DNA of 64,000 nt, taken from NCBI GenBank assembly GCA_963771285.1, contig CAVYSX010000016.1:9240-73239 (forward strand). The letters run 5' to 3'. A model generated the notes under the pieces. That model was given only the letters and a program-made list of their open reading frames with translations, did not search any database and had not been told where the DNA came from. Both the position numbers and the translations under genes were made by a program. Source of the stretch: an uncultured Acidobacteriota bacterium. GTDB taxonomy: Bacteria; Acidobacteriota; Terriglobia; Terriglobales; Acidobacteriaceae. Below are positions 54,960 through 64,000 of the stretch, one piece after another; positions within the stretch are counted from its first letter, which is position 1; the number at the start of each line of letters is the position of its first letter.

Positions 54960-55859
54960 TCGCCAGCCGTGGCAACTGGCACCTTCTCATTCGCGGACTT
55001 CACTTCGGGATATTCGTACACACCGCGTCCCGCTTTTCGCCCTACGCGCCCGGCTTTCACGTACTGCACCAGGAGAGGCGCAGGGCGATACTTTTCTCCC
55101 AAACTCTTGTGCAGATATTCCAAAATCGAAAGCCGCGTATCCAATCCCACCAGATCGACGAGTTCAAACGGGCCCATGGGATGGTTCAACCCCAACTTTA
55201 AGGCTTTATCGATATCCTGCGCCGAAGCAATGCCTTCCTGAAGCATGTAAAACGCTTCATTCCCGATCATCGCGTTGATCCGGCTGGTAATAAAACCCGG
55301 CGATTCTTTAATTGACGACAACTTCTTTTCCCATCCGCCGACCCACTTCCGCGGCGGTCGCGACGGTGTCTTCATCGGTTTCGAGTGCGCGCACAACTTC
55401 AAGCAGCTTCATCTTGTGTACCGGATTGAAGAAATGCATCCCGATACATTTTTTAGCCCGATAAGTCACGCTGGCAATCTCGGTCACGCTGAGCGAAGAA
55501 GTATTCGAGGCGAGAATGCATCCCGGCCGGCAAATCTTATCGAGCAGAGTAAAGATTTCAATCTTCGACTCCATCTCCTCCGGCACAGCTTCAATCACCA
55601 TATCGGCTTCGCGCGCAGCTTCTTCGACTCCGCCTGCGTATTCCAGACGGGCAAAGGCTGCTTTGGCATCTTCGGCGGAGACTTTCCCTAGCTCAACCGC
55701 CTTATCCAGATTGCCCCGTATCTCGGTCTCGGCCCGGCGCAACGCGTTAGGCAACAGGTCTTCGAGAATGGTGCGATAGCCGCCCAAAGCTGCCACATGA
55801 GCAATGCCTCTGCCCATGGTGCCTGCCCCAATTACCGCTATGGTTTTGACTTGCGCCAC
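54956..55859 (-). pseudogene. hbd: 3-hydroxyacyl/3-hydroxybutyryl-CoA dehydrogenase, one +1 frame break
   Basis: The N-terminal ORF (GTG 55859) reads VAQVKTIAVIGAGTMGRGIA...SNTSSLSVTEIA...GMHFFNPVHKMKLLEVV...MGKEVVVN and ends at TAA. The continuation IKESPGFITSRINAMIGNEAFYMLQEG...GLNHPMGPFELVDLVGLD is in the +1 frame. The junction is at about 55308-55314. Confidence 0.8.
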
Positions 55860-56047
55860 TACGGCCGCCCCTTCTCCACTTGCGCCACCAGTGCATTGAG
55901 GTTTGTGCCGGCGGCACGCAGGCTGTCAGCCAGGCGCTTGCGCTCTTCGTTCTCCATCGCTGGCACGAATGCGCCGATGCGGCGCAATGTGGTCGTGATG
56001 TCGTCCACGTAGTTGATCAGCCGAATAAGTTCTCCAGAGGTTCCCAT
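55859..56047 (-). CDS. hypothetical small protein (62 aa)
   Basis: Track ORF. Its TAG overlaps the hbd GTG by one base. No family recognised. Confidence 0.4.
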   Translation of the reverse strand: MGTSGELIRLINYVDDITTTLRRIGAFVPAMENEERKRLADSLRAAGTNLNALVAQVEKGRP

Positions 56048-56286
56048 ATGATTTCCGCTCCTGTCGTCCCTCAGTCGAAGCCTTGAGGACGAAACTCCAT
56101 TTTCAACGGTGCGAAGAAATTAGTAAAGGCACGACTGGGTGCGCAGACCCAAACCAGCAAACTCAACGGAGAACTGGAACGGCCAGCCCATTTCTCGATG
56201 GCCCGCGCAATCGGCGCCTGGCCACGATCGACTCTGAGCAGAAAATCCTTGCTCGGACAGCGCCCTGCGCGCAGGATGGTAGTTCC

Positions 56287-56761
56287 ATGCTCCGCGACAA
56301 GAACCTGATTCCACTTTCCCGCCAGCACCAACACGCGCTGGCCCTGTGTGTGCGCATCGATCGAGCCACGCGATCCGGAAAAGTTGACGCGGAGACGTGG
56401 CAAGCTGAGATTCAGCAGATCGTCGAACAGGAAATTGCCATTCACTTTGCGGCAGAGGAAAAAGAACTGTTTCCCAGAGCTGCGCAACACTCGTCACTAC
56501 AAGCGCTGGTGGAAGAACTCCGTATTGAACACGCTGAACTACGCGATCCTGTTTGCGCAAGCCGGCGCCCGCAGCCTTGGGTTGCACGAATTGCAAAGCT
56601 TCGCCGAAAAACTGGCCCAGCACATCCGCAAAGAAGAACGCCAACTCTTCGAACAGATGCAACAACTAATGCCCCCACAAGAACTAGCAGTCCTCGGCGC
56701 GGCCTTGGAAGAAGCCTTGAAAGACGCAACTCAAGCCTGTGCTATTCCGAAACGCCCCTGA
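56287..56761 (+). pseudogene. hemerythrin-like (HHE cation-binding) domain protein, one +1 frame break
   Basis: From ATG 56287: MLRDKNLIPLSRQHQHALALCVRI...IAIHFAAEEKELFPRAAQ...LRIEHAEL. The continuation AILFAQAG...FAEKLAQHIRKEERQLFEQMQ is in the +1 frame (track ORF 56348-56761). The junction is at about 56536-56545. Confidence 0.7.
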
Positions 56762-56803
56762 GAAAGTAGCTTCCCCGCCTCCGGCGGCGAGCACCGGCTG
56801 TAT

Positions 56804-58450
56804 CTAAACCAAATCCTCGACCTTTAACTTATTCTCGCCACCCTTCCAGGAATCGCGGAATTGAGTCTCCACAAACCCGGCATCGTAGTTGCGCGACTGC
56901 GCCTTCAAGGCTTCTTGCAGCCCAAAAAGAGAACGTGGGTTCCGCGGATTCCGATCCAGGTCCGCGCGAAACACTTTTTCCGCCGCGGGCGCATCGCCAT
57001 TCATAAGCAGCACTCCTCCCAACGATTCTCGGACGGGAAAGAACCAATCCGGAGGCTCTCCGTATTTCAACGTGTCTTGAATCCCAACCGCCGCGGTCAG
57101 CAACGCAATTGCTTGTGTCGTGTCCTTCCGAGCCAGAGCAATCTTGGCGCCCAATACGTCCTCGGAAATCTTCATGATGTCCTTCGCCTTGTTATTAATC
57201 GGCATAGCAAACACCACATCGGGCGGCGTATTCTGCTCCGCTTCAGAAACGATCTTGTACTCCGCTTCCGCTTCGCTCAGCTTGCCAGTACCCGCCAGTG
57301 CCATCCCCCGCGCGAAATGCCAGAAGCCCGTGGTGATCTTCAGTTCAGGATCGGGTTGAGGCATAGCCAGAATTTCTCCCCACTTGTGAAAGCGAACCGC
57401 CACCGCCATCGGAATCGTCATGAAGCCTTCGAGCGGTGGCATCTCCTTCACATGCGGTGACACATTCGCCACCAGCAACTCTGCGTTCTTCTTCGCTTCC
57501 GGGTAATTGCCATTCATGCTGGCGCACATCGCGATGAAATGAAGATTGTGGCTGTAATACATCATCGGGTAGATGCCCTGCGCGCCACTCGCCTTGATAT
57601 ACGCGCGATCCACTTCGGCCGCTTCTTCGTTGGTCTTTACCGCTGCGTCGTAGTCGCCAGTGCGAATGTAAACATGCGCCGGCATATGCACGATGTGTCC
57701 CGCACCCGGCGCCAGTGATGCCAATTTGTTCGCGCCTGCCAACGCCCGCTCAGGATTCGCCGAAGCTTCCGTGGCATGAATGTAGTAATGAATCGCTCCC
57801 AGATGGTTTGGATCTCGGCGAATCACAGACTCCAGAGTCGCAACAATTTCCTCGGTCCCCGCCTCCGGACTGCCATCAACATGCCACAATCCCCAGGGAT
57901 GCAGGTTCATCCCCGCCTCCGCAAACAAAGTCGCCGCATCCAGATCGTCGGGAAACTGCTTCACGACTTCCCGCATGGCATCGTGATAATCCTCGGCCGC
58001 CTTCTTCCGATCCGCCTTTGGGTCCGCTGGAAACCGCTTTGCCATCGCCTGAATGTAAGCTTGCTCGCTCTTCGAAGCATCTGCCGAAAGATCAACCGCC
58101 TTCTGGATCGCCATATGCGCCTGCATAAAGCGCTCATCGCTGGCGGGATCGTTGTAGTTCGGCCCCACCGCTTCCGCCACTCCCCAATACGCAATGGCAA
58201 GTTTCGGATCTAGCTCCGCCGCCCGCTGAAACGAGCGCGCCGCTTCGTCGTGATTGAAGGCATAGATGAAACGCAGCCCTTGATCGAAAAATTGCTGCGC
58301 TTCCGGATTCTTCGTAGAAACCGGATGGTGAAGATTGCCCAGCCCGGTCACCAGAGTCGCCGGTTTCATCTGGCTGTGTGCCGCATGATCCTGAGCGATC
58401 AATGGCATACCCAACAACAGTGTTACAAAAATAAATACGCGATATCGCAT
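56804..58450 (-). CDS. secreted TPR-repeat protein
   Basis: Signal peptide MRYRVFIFVTLLLGMPLIAQ, then TPR-like helical repeats throughout (AARSFQRAAELDPKLAIAYWG...). Confidence 0.75.
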   Translation of the reverse strand: MRYRVFIFVTLLLGMPLIAQDHAAHSQMKPATLVTGLGNLHHPVSTKNPEAQQFFDQGLRFIYAFNHDEAARSFQRAAELDPKLAIAYWGVAEAVGPNYNDPASDERFMQAHMAIQKAVDLSADASKSEQAYIQAMAKRFPADPKADRKKAAEDYHDAMREVVKQFPDDLDAATLFAEAGMNLHPWGLWHVDGSPEAGTEEIVATLESVIRRDPNHLGAIHYYIHATEASANPERALAGANKLASLAPGAGHIVHMPAHVYIRTGDYDAAVKTNEEAAEVDRAYIKASGAQGIYPMMYYSHNLHFIAMCASMNGNYPEAKKNAELLVANVSPHVKEMPPLEGFMTIPMAVAVRFHKWGEILAMPQPDPELKITTGFWHFARGMALAGTGKLSEAEAEYKIVSEAEQNTPPDVVFAMPINNKAKDIMKISEDVLGAKIALARKDTTQAIALLTAAVGIQDTLKYGEPPDWFFPVRESLGGVLLMNGDAPAAEKVFRADLDRNPRNPRSLFGLQEALKAQSRNYDAGFVETQFRDSWKGGENKLKVEDLV

Positions 58451-58596
58451 ACAAATTCCTCCTTCCGAGTTAGGGGTCAGGAGTGCTGCCGTTCATGTCG
58501 CCCCAATAATCGCCAGCTTAGTCCAAACTCACCGGGGAGGCAACGACCAGTCATTGAAAGAGTACGGTGGAAAAGCAAGCTGAGCAGCCGTGAATT

Positions 58597-58627
58597 CCCC
58601 TGTGTCCCCTGTGCCCTCTGTGGTTGA
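58597..58627 (-). repeat. single CACAGRGG-family repeat module
   Basis: CCCCTGTGTCCCCTGTGCCCTCTGTGGTTGA, in the divergent region between the TPR gene and the htrA-like gene. Confidence 0.75.
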
Positions 58628-58683
58628 GCCTTCCTGCCCGCCCAACGTTGAATCCAGAAAGCACCACGCTTCATCTAGCAGCT

Positions 58684-59734
58684 ATGACCTATTCCGTAAA
58701 CCCTTTCCCGCTGGCAGATTATTCCGAAGGTCTGACCCAGCCCTCGCAGACGCCCCCCCCGAACGACACCACATTGCTAGACGCGTACTCGCAAGCGGTC
58801 GTCGGCGCTACGGAAAAAATCAGCGCGTCCGTGGTCAAGATCGACGTCACTCAATCTACTCGCGGCCGCTCCGGCGAACCCCGCGAACGTCAAGGCGGCG
58901 GTTCAGGATTCGTCTTCACGCCCGACGGCCTCATTCTCACCAACAGCCACGTGGTACACGGAGCCGCGCGCATCGCCGTCTCTTTCGCCGACGGCGGCCA
59001 CTTCCCTGCCCACACCCTCGGCGACGACCCCTCCACCGACCTCGCCGTGATCCGCGTTGATTTGCCAACCAATGACGCGCCGCATCTCATTGCCGCGCCC
59101 CTCGGAGACTCGCGAAGCCTGCGCGTTGGCCAATTGGCCATCGCCATCGGCAACCCTTACGGCTTTCAGTACACCGTCACCGCCGGCGTGGTCAGCGCCT
59201 TAGGACGGTCGCTGCGCTCCTACTCCGGCAGACTCATCGAAGATGTCATTCAAACCGACGCATCGCTCAACCCGGGAAACTCCGGCGGCCCGCTCGTAAC
59301 CTCCGATGGCCGAGTCATCGGCGTGAACACCGCAACCATTATGGGCGCGCAAGGTTTGTGCTTCGCTATCGGGATCAACACCGCGAAATTTGTAGCCTCA
59401 CGCTTGCTGCGCGATGGGCGCATTCGCCGCAGCTATATCGGCGTCGAAGCGCAGACCGCGCCGCTCCATCGCCGCCTCGTAAGGTTCTATGATCTCGCCA
59501 GCTGAGAGTGGAGTGATCGTGGTCTCCGTTACTGCCGGCAGCCCGGCGCAGAAAGCCGGGGTGCGGGAAGGCGATGTCATCGTCGCCCTCGATGGCCAGC
59601 TGGTCGCCGGCGTGGATGATTTGCATCGCTTGCTTACCGATGCCCGCGTCGGCTCCGTAAGCGCGCTGACCATTCTTCGTCATACTGAAAAACTCACGCT
59701 GCAAGTCGCGCCGGAGGAAACACCGAGCTCGTAA
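58684..59734 (+). pseudogene. HtrA/DegP-family S1C serine protease with PDZ domain, one +1 frame break
   Basis: The protease domain (TNSHVV, DLAVIRV, GNSGGPL catalytic-triad contexts) ends ...[11 protein letters not shown]-stop. The PDZ domain ([33 protein letters not shown]) continues in the +1 frame (track ORF 59489-59734). The junction is at about 59494-59500. Confidence 0.8.
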
Positions 59735-59860
59735 ATCAGCTCAGCTCGCTGGATCGACCAAGCAACTTCACCAGAATATCCCCGCAACCTGGGGTCTCCT
59801 TCCGTGTCATTGCGCCGGACTTCGCTGCTGTGGTAGCGTCTTGAAACAGCAGAGGTTAGC

Positions 59861-60730
59861 TTGCGAGCAACTATTCCCGCCGGGCTCGACCGCGAGGAAA
59901 CGGAAGTTTACTTGGGTCTTGACCCGAAGCGGCTCCCAAAACACATCGCCATCATCATGGACGGCAACGGACGCTGGGCGCGACGCCGCCACCTGCCCCG
60001 CATCGCCGGACATCGTGCCGGCGTGTCCTCCGTGCGCTCCACAGTCGAAACTGCTTCGAGCATCGGCATTCCCGCGCTAACCCTCTATGCGTTCTCCGAG
60101 GAGAACTGGAAGAAGCGCCCTGCCAGCGAAGTGCACTTCCTCATGGGCCTGCTCTGCCGCTATCTCAAAGCCGAAGTTCCCACCCTCAATAAGAACAACG
60201 TACGCCTGGAATATATCGGACGGAAGCACGAACTTCCGCCCTCCGTGCAAGAAAAAATGCAGTGGGCGCGGGAGGCCACTGCGCAAAACACTGGCATGGT
60301 ACTGACGCTGGCGCTAAATTACAGCGCGCGCACGGAGATAGTGGACGCTTTCCGCTCCATGGTCGACGCCGCCGCGCGCAATGGCGGATTGAATCATTTG
60401 GCCATCGACGAGGACGAAGTTTCACGCCATCTCTACACCCGCAACTTGCCCGATCCGGACCTGGTGATTCGCACCAGCGGAGAAATGCGCCTCAGCAATT
60501 TTCTTCTGTGGCAGCTCGCCTATGCGGAGATCTACGTAACCCCCACGCTCTGGCCTGAATTTCGTGGCGTACATTTGCTCGAAGGAATCGCGGAATATCA
60601 GAAGCGCGAGCGCCGCTACGGCGGCCTCGCAGACGGCGCCGCAGAAACCCAAACAGCGTCCACTCACCGCTCCGGCGCTCGTCGAGCCAGCCCCCACGCT
60701 CCACACCCTCATAAAACGGTCAGGAGCTGA
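59861..60730 (+). CDS. uppS: di-trans,poly-cis-undecaprenyl-diphosphate synthase
   Basis: PKHIAIIMDGNGRWARRRHLPRIAGHRAG...TLYAFSEENWKRP...IRTSGEMRLSNFLLWQLAYAEIY. TTG start and a ~35-aa basic C-terminal tail. Confidence 0.9.
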   Translation: MRATIPAGLDREETEVYLGLDPKRLPKHIAIIMDGNGRWARRRHLPRIAGHRAGVSSVRSTVETASSIGIPALTLYAFSEENWKKRPASEVHFLMGLLCRYLKAEVPTLNKNNVRLEYIGRKHELPPSVQEKMQWAREATAQNTGMVLTLALNYSARTEIVDAFRSMVDAAARNGGLNHLAIDEDEVSRHLYTRNLPDPDLVIRTSGEMRLSNFLLWQLAYAEIYVTPTLWPEFRGVHLLEGIAEYQKRERRYGGLADGAAETQTASTHRSGARRASPHAPHPHKTVRS

Positions 60731-60735
60731 AGCTC

Positions 60736-61638
60736 TTGCAACTACTCAAGCGAATCCTCACCGCTGTGGTGCTGATTCCTGTTGTTTTGGCATTGGTGCT
60801 GCGTGCGCCAGTGCCGGTGTTGGCACTGGTAGCAGCTCTGGTCGCGCTGCTCACCGTACAAGAGCTGCTCAACCTGGCTGAAGCCTACGGCATCCGGCCC
60901 ATGCGCTGGCCAACCTATGTTTTCGTCGGTCTATTCTTCTTGCTCCTCGCAGTCAAACCCGGCAATGACAAGCCGCTGCTCTCTACTGCGATCTTTATTT
61001 ACACCGCCGGCTTTTCCGCAGCCCTGGCTCCCTTCGTTTTTCTGACGATAGCCATGCGGCGCGAGAACCTGGCCAGCGGATTTCCCGCAGCAATGGTTTC
61101 GACGTTCTCCTTTGCCTACGTGGCTCTTCCGCTCGGATTCTTGGTGCAGTTGCGCGAACAGTGGTCGGGAGCATTCTTGCTCCTGTATTTGCTGCTGCTG
61201 GTTTGGGCGGGAGACATTTTCGCGTACTTCGTGGGACGCTCCCTCGGTCGTCATCTCATGTCACCGCGAATCAGTCCCAAGAAAACCTGGGAAGGAGCTT
61301 TAGCGTCCTTGCTGGCAAGCCTGGTCGTGGGAATGCTCCTGTACAACTACGCGTTGCCCATCAGCACCGCGTTGTTGAATGCGCATCTAATAGACCGTCG
61401 CGATGGATTTTTCGCCTTGCAGAAACCGCCGCTATGGCCAACGCTCTTGCTTTCCGCGGCAATCAACGTGGCCGCGCAATTAGGAGATCTGGTCGAGTCC
61501 CTAATCAAACGCGGTGCCGACGTCAAAGATTCAGGCACGATCCTACCCGGCCACGGAGGCATGCTGGACCGCATCGATGCCCTCCTCTTCGCCGCTCCGG
61601 TACTGTGGTACTACGCCGCCTGGCGGGTAATGCAATAG
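60736..61638 (+). CDS. cdsA: phosphatidate cytidylyltransferase
   Basis: SPKKTWEGAL...GDLVESLIKRGADVKDSGTILPGHGGMLDRIDALLF signature. Confidence 0.9.
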   Translation: MQLLKRILTAVVLIPVVLALVLRAPVPVLALVAALVALLTVQELLNLAEAYGIRPMRWPTYVFVGLFFLLLAVKPGNDKPLLSTAIFIYTAGFSAALAPFVFLTIAMRRENLASGFPAAMVSTFSFAYVALPLGFLVQLREQWSGAFLLLYLLLLVWAGDIFAYFVGRSLGRHLMSPRISPKKTWEGALASLLASLVVGMLLYNYALPISTALLNAHLIDRRDGFFALQKPPLWPTLLLSAAINVAAQLGDLVESLIKRGADVKDSGTILPGHGGMLDRIDALLFAAPVLWYYAAWRVMQ

Positions 61639-61674
61639 GCAATTCTCGCCCCAGCGCATAAATGCAAAAGCCGG

Positions 61675-62009
61675 CCTCTGTGTAACCCCGTGACCCCTGT
61701 GGTTAACGCCTTCTGCTTTTAATAAACGAATCCTAGGTTTCCCAATCAAAAAGTGTCCAAGCTCCAAAGCCTTCCCCTGTGTAACCCTGTGACCCCTGTG
61801 GTTAACGCCTTCTGCTGCCGGTTCCATTGTCCAAACACGCCGCCGACGTAAAGCATCACGGAGGCATATCAGATCCCATTGACGCCCAACTCTTTGCCGC
61901 CCAAGCGCTGTGGTACTATGCGGCTTGGCAGGTTTGCATAGGCATTTTTTGCCAAATGCAAAGCCTTCCTCTGTGTAACCCCGTGTCCCCTGTGGTTGAC
62001 GCCTTCTGC
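61675..62009 (-). repeat. three copies of a ~42-bp CACAGRGG-family repeat variant
   Basis: The core CCTCTGTGTAACCCCGTGACCCCTGTGGTTAACGCCTTCTGC occurs at 61675-61716, with near-identical copies at 61774-61815 and 61968-62009. Each is preceded by AAAGCC. Confidence 0.85.
61856..61943 (+). pseudogene. decayed duplicate of the cdsA 3' end (~29 codons)
   Basis: CACGGAGGCATATCAGATCCCATTGACGCCCAACTCTTTGCCGCCCAAGCGCTGTGGTACTATGCGGCTTGGCAGGTTTGCATAGGC aligns with cdsA 61552-61641. The peptide HGGISDPIDAQLFAAQALWYYAAWQV compares with HGGMLDRIDALLFAAPVLWYYAAWRV. Confidence 0.7.
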
Positions 62010-62014
62010 GCTGA

Positions 62015-63223
62015 ATGAAACGCATTTCCATCCTGGGTTCTACCGGTTCCATCGGCCGCAGCACGCTGAGCGTGTTGGAATCCTATCCTGATCGATTTCA
62101 GATTGTAGCTCTCGCCGCAGGCCAAAACGTCGATGCGGCATTCGAGCAAGCGCAACGCTGGCGACCCCGCTTAATCTCGGTAGCCTCCGAAAAAGATGCG
62201 GTGACTCTCCGCGCTCGCTTAAGCGCCGTCGGGGTTCCCGGTGTCGAAGTAGCCCACGGATCGCATGGAAATGTTCGCGTCGCTATACATCCACTCGCCG
62301 ACTTCGTAGTCAGTGCCATTGTCGGCGTAGCCGGACTGGAAGCCACCTACGAAGCGGTACGCGCCGGCAAGACGATTGGCCTCGCCAACAAAGAATGCAT
62401 GGTCGCGGCCGGCGAATTGATTACCGCCGAGGCCCGGCGACAAGGCAAACCACTGTTACCCATCGACAGTGAGCACAACGCAATCCATCAATGCCTGCGC
62501 GGCGGCCGCATGGACGAGGTCCGGCAAATTTGGCTCACCGCCTCCGGCGGCCCATTTCTTCATACTCCCCAGTCGCAATTTTCTGCGATTACTGTGGAGC
62601 AAGCACTGAATCACCCCACTTGGAAAATGGGACGCCGCATCACCATTGATTCCGCCACCCTGATGAACAAGGGCTTTGAAGTCATAGAGGCTTGTCGTTT
62701 GTTCAATTTGCCGCCCAGTCAGGTGAAAGTCATCGTCCATCCCCAATCGACCATCCATTCCATGGTCGAATTTGTGGATGGCAGCATACTTGCTCAATTC
62801 TCCGTGACCGACATGCGGCTCCCCATTCTTTACGCCCTCACCTACCCGGAACGCATTGCATCGGATATGCGCTTCCCGGTCATGGACTTACGACATCTCG
62901 ATTTCATCCCACCCGACATGGAAAAATTTACCTGTCTGCGGCTGGCTTACGAAGCGGCGGAAGCCGGAGGCGCTAAAACTGTTGCCCTGAACGCCGCTGA
63001 TGAAGTCGCCGTCGCCGCATTTCTCGACGGCTGTATCCGGTTCGATGAGATTCCTGACATAATTAATAAGGTGCTCGCTGAAACTGCTACCGGGAAATTT
63101 GAATCTATACATAAAGTGCTTGAAGCCGACGCGGCCGCCCGCCGGGTCGCCCAGCAGAAGATAGACCAATTGGGTGATCGCCGGTCGTCGCAGTCGGCTT
63201 CGTCCACTTCACGAGGGGATTGA
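62015..63223 (+). CDS. dxr: 1-deoxy-D-xylulose-5-phosphate reductoisomerase
   Basis: ISILGSTGSIGRSTL...LPIDSEHNAI...NHPTWKMGRRITIDSATLMNKGFEVIEA. Confidence 0.9.
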   Translation: MKRISILGSTGSIGRSTLSVLESYPDRFQIVALAAGQNVDAAFEQAQRWRPRLISVASEKDAVTLRARLSAVGVPGVEVAHGSHGNVRVAIHPLADFVVSAIVGVAGLEATYEAVRAGKTIGLANKECMVAAGELITAEARRQGKPLLPIDSEHNAIHQCLRGGRMDEVRQIWLTASGGPFLHTPQSQFSAITVEQALNHPTWKMGRRITIDSATLMNKGFEVIEACRLFNLPPSQVKVIVHPQSTIHSMVEFVDGSILAQFSVTDMRLPILYALTYPERIASDMRFPVMDLRHLDFIPPDMEKFTCLRLAYEAAEAGGAKTVALNAADEVAVAAFLDGCIRFDEIPDIINKVLAETATGKFESIHKVLEADAAARRVAQQKIDQLGDRRSSQSASSTSRGD

Positions 63224-63233
63224 TCGAACTTAT

Positions 63234-64000
63234 ATGTCGGGATTTTTGATCGCAGTGCTTTCTGTTGGCGTGGTTCTGGGATTCATGATTTTGATTCATG
63301 AATTCGGCCACTACGCAGTTGCCAAGTTGCTGGGTGTGCGCGTCGAAGTTTTCTCCATTGGTTTTGGCAAACGCCTTTTGGGTTTCACCAAGGGCGACAC
63401 CGACTACCGCATCAGCGCCATCCCGCTCGGCGGCTACGTCAAAATGAGCGGCGAGAATCCCATGGACGAGCGCACCGGCGATCCCGGCGAGTTTCTCTCG
63501 CACCCGCGCTGGCATCGCTTCCTGATCGCCATCGCCGGCCCCTCGATGAACATTCTGCTGGCTATCGGCCTGCTTACCTTCGTCTACATGGTGCACTACG
63601 AATATCCGGCTGTATTCGATGAGCCCGCCGTCATCGGATGGGTTCTGTCCGACACTCCGGCGGCAAAAGCTGGAATTCAGATCGGCGATCGCATCGCCCG
63701 CATCGATGGGATCGAGAATCCCACTTGGAAACAAGTCGACCCGAAAGAAGCCCTAAGCCCCAATCAGCCTCTCGACATCACTATCGAACGCGACGGCAAG
63801 TTCTATAACAAGACCATCGTGCCGGAAGCTTACGGAATAAATCAGATGGGTTCCGCCGGCTGGGTTGCCAAAGAGCCCAGCGTTACCGTCACCGATCTCG
63901 AAGAAGGCTTGCCCGCCGCAAAAGCTGGAATGAAAATCGGAGATCAAATCGTCACCGTTGACGGTCAACCCATCCCCGCACTCCAGGCGATGATCGAAAC
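63234..64000 (+). CDS. rseP: RIP zinc metalloprotease RseP (M50 family), N-terminal part; runs off the right edge
   Basis: Absent from the ORF track because it is edge-truncated. Hand translation from ATG 63234 gives MSGFLIAVLSVGVVLGFMILIHEFGHYAVAKLLGVRVEVFSIGFGKRLLGF...YRISAIPLGGYVKMSGE, followed by PDZ-like segments. The frame is open to 64000. Confidence 0.85.
   Translation, partial: MSGFLIAVLSVGVVLGFMILIHEFGHYAVAKLLGVRVEVFSIGFGKRLLGFTKGDTDYRISAIPLGGYVKMSGENPMDERTGDPGEFLSHPRWHRFLIAIAGPSMNILLAIGLLTFVYMVHYEYPAVFDEPAVIGWVLSDTPAAKAGIQIGDRIARIDGIENPTWKQVDPKEALSPNQPLDITIERDGKFYNKTIVPEAYGINQMGSAGWVAKEPSVTVTDLEEGLPAAKAGMKIGDQIVTVDGQPIPALQAMIE

Noticed and set aside
55300-55320. Programmed +1 ribosomal frameshifting (prfB-like) as the cause of the frame breaks
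   Set aside because: At hbd and at the repressor site (17232-17239) a 0-frame stop sits right at the junction, which is superficially prfB-like. The other sites have no stop. There is also no common slippery codon and no upstream SD-like stimulator. Twelve recoding sites in unrelated genes is implausible, so consensus insertion error is favoured.
61675-62009. CRISPR array (also considered for 53153-53256)
   Set aside because: The repeats number only three, have uneven spacing, and one spacer is a cdsA duplicate. The 53-kb array has 15-bp units with no spacers. No cas genes are in the window.

Overview
GC-rich chromosomal segment (GC judged by eye, not computed). Its gene content looks like an Acidobacteriota (Terriglobia-type) genome: a VWFA-related acidobacterial-type protein, an FG-GAP giant protein, bacillithiol genes and many TPR or secreted proteins. 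It is mostly housekeeping and respiratory genes. I found no rRNA, tRNA, CRISPR array, transposase or integrase. Landmarks from left to right: partial bshC; a one-piece tmRNA (1997-2365) flanked by decayed genes; a UbiD-family decarboxylase; class II photolyase; a fabF-like KAS; nrdR; an IDH; hemH. Next comes a 7.4-kb non-canonical Rieske/cytochrome b operon (N-terminally extended Rieske, split cytochrome b, 1087-aa octahaem cytochrome c, cupredoxin lipoprotein), followed by ctaA, an ABC-2 exporter and a DUF420 gene. Further right are ssb, a ~1000-aa FG-GAP protein, cyaY, ypdA, fumC and the uppS-cdsA-dxr-rseP cluster, with rseP running off the right edge. Four things stand out. (1) About twelve reading-frame breaks in nine otherwise conserved genes all need the same +1 (skip one base) correction, which looks like insertion-biased consensus error rather than gene decay. 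(2) A dispersed CACAGRGG-type intergenic repeat family has 8 copies at 4 loci, and one locus also holds a decayed duplicate of the cdsA 3' end. (3) A 7 x 15-bp tandem repeat sits in a divergent promoter region. (4) The respiratory operon and its accessory genes are unusual. I did not find a self-contained defence or mobile system. The best candidate for new biology is the Rieske/cyt b - multihaem - cupredoxin module with the ctaA/ABC-2/DUF420 genes. All family assignments come from reading motifs by eye; no database search was run.
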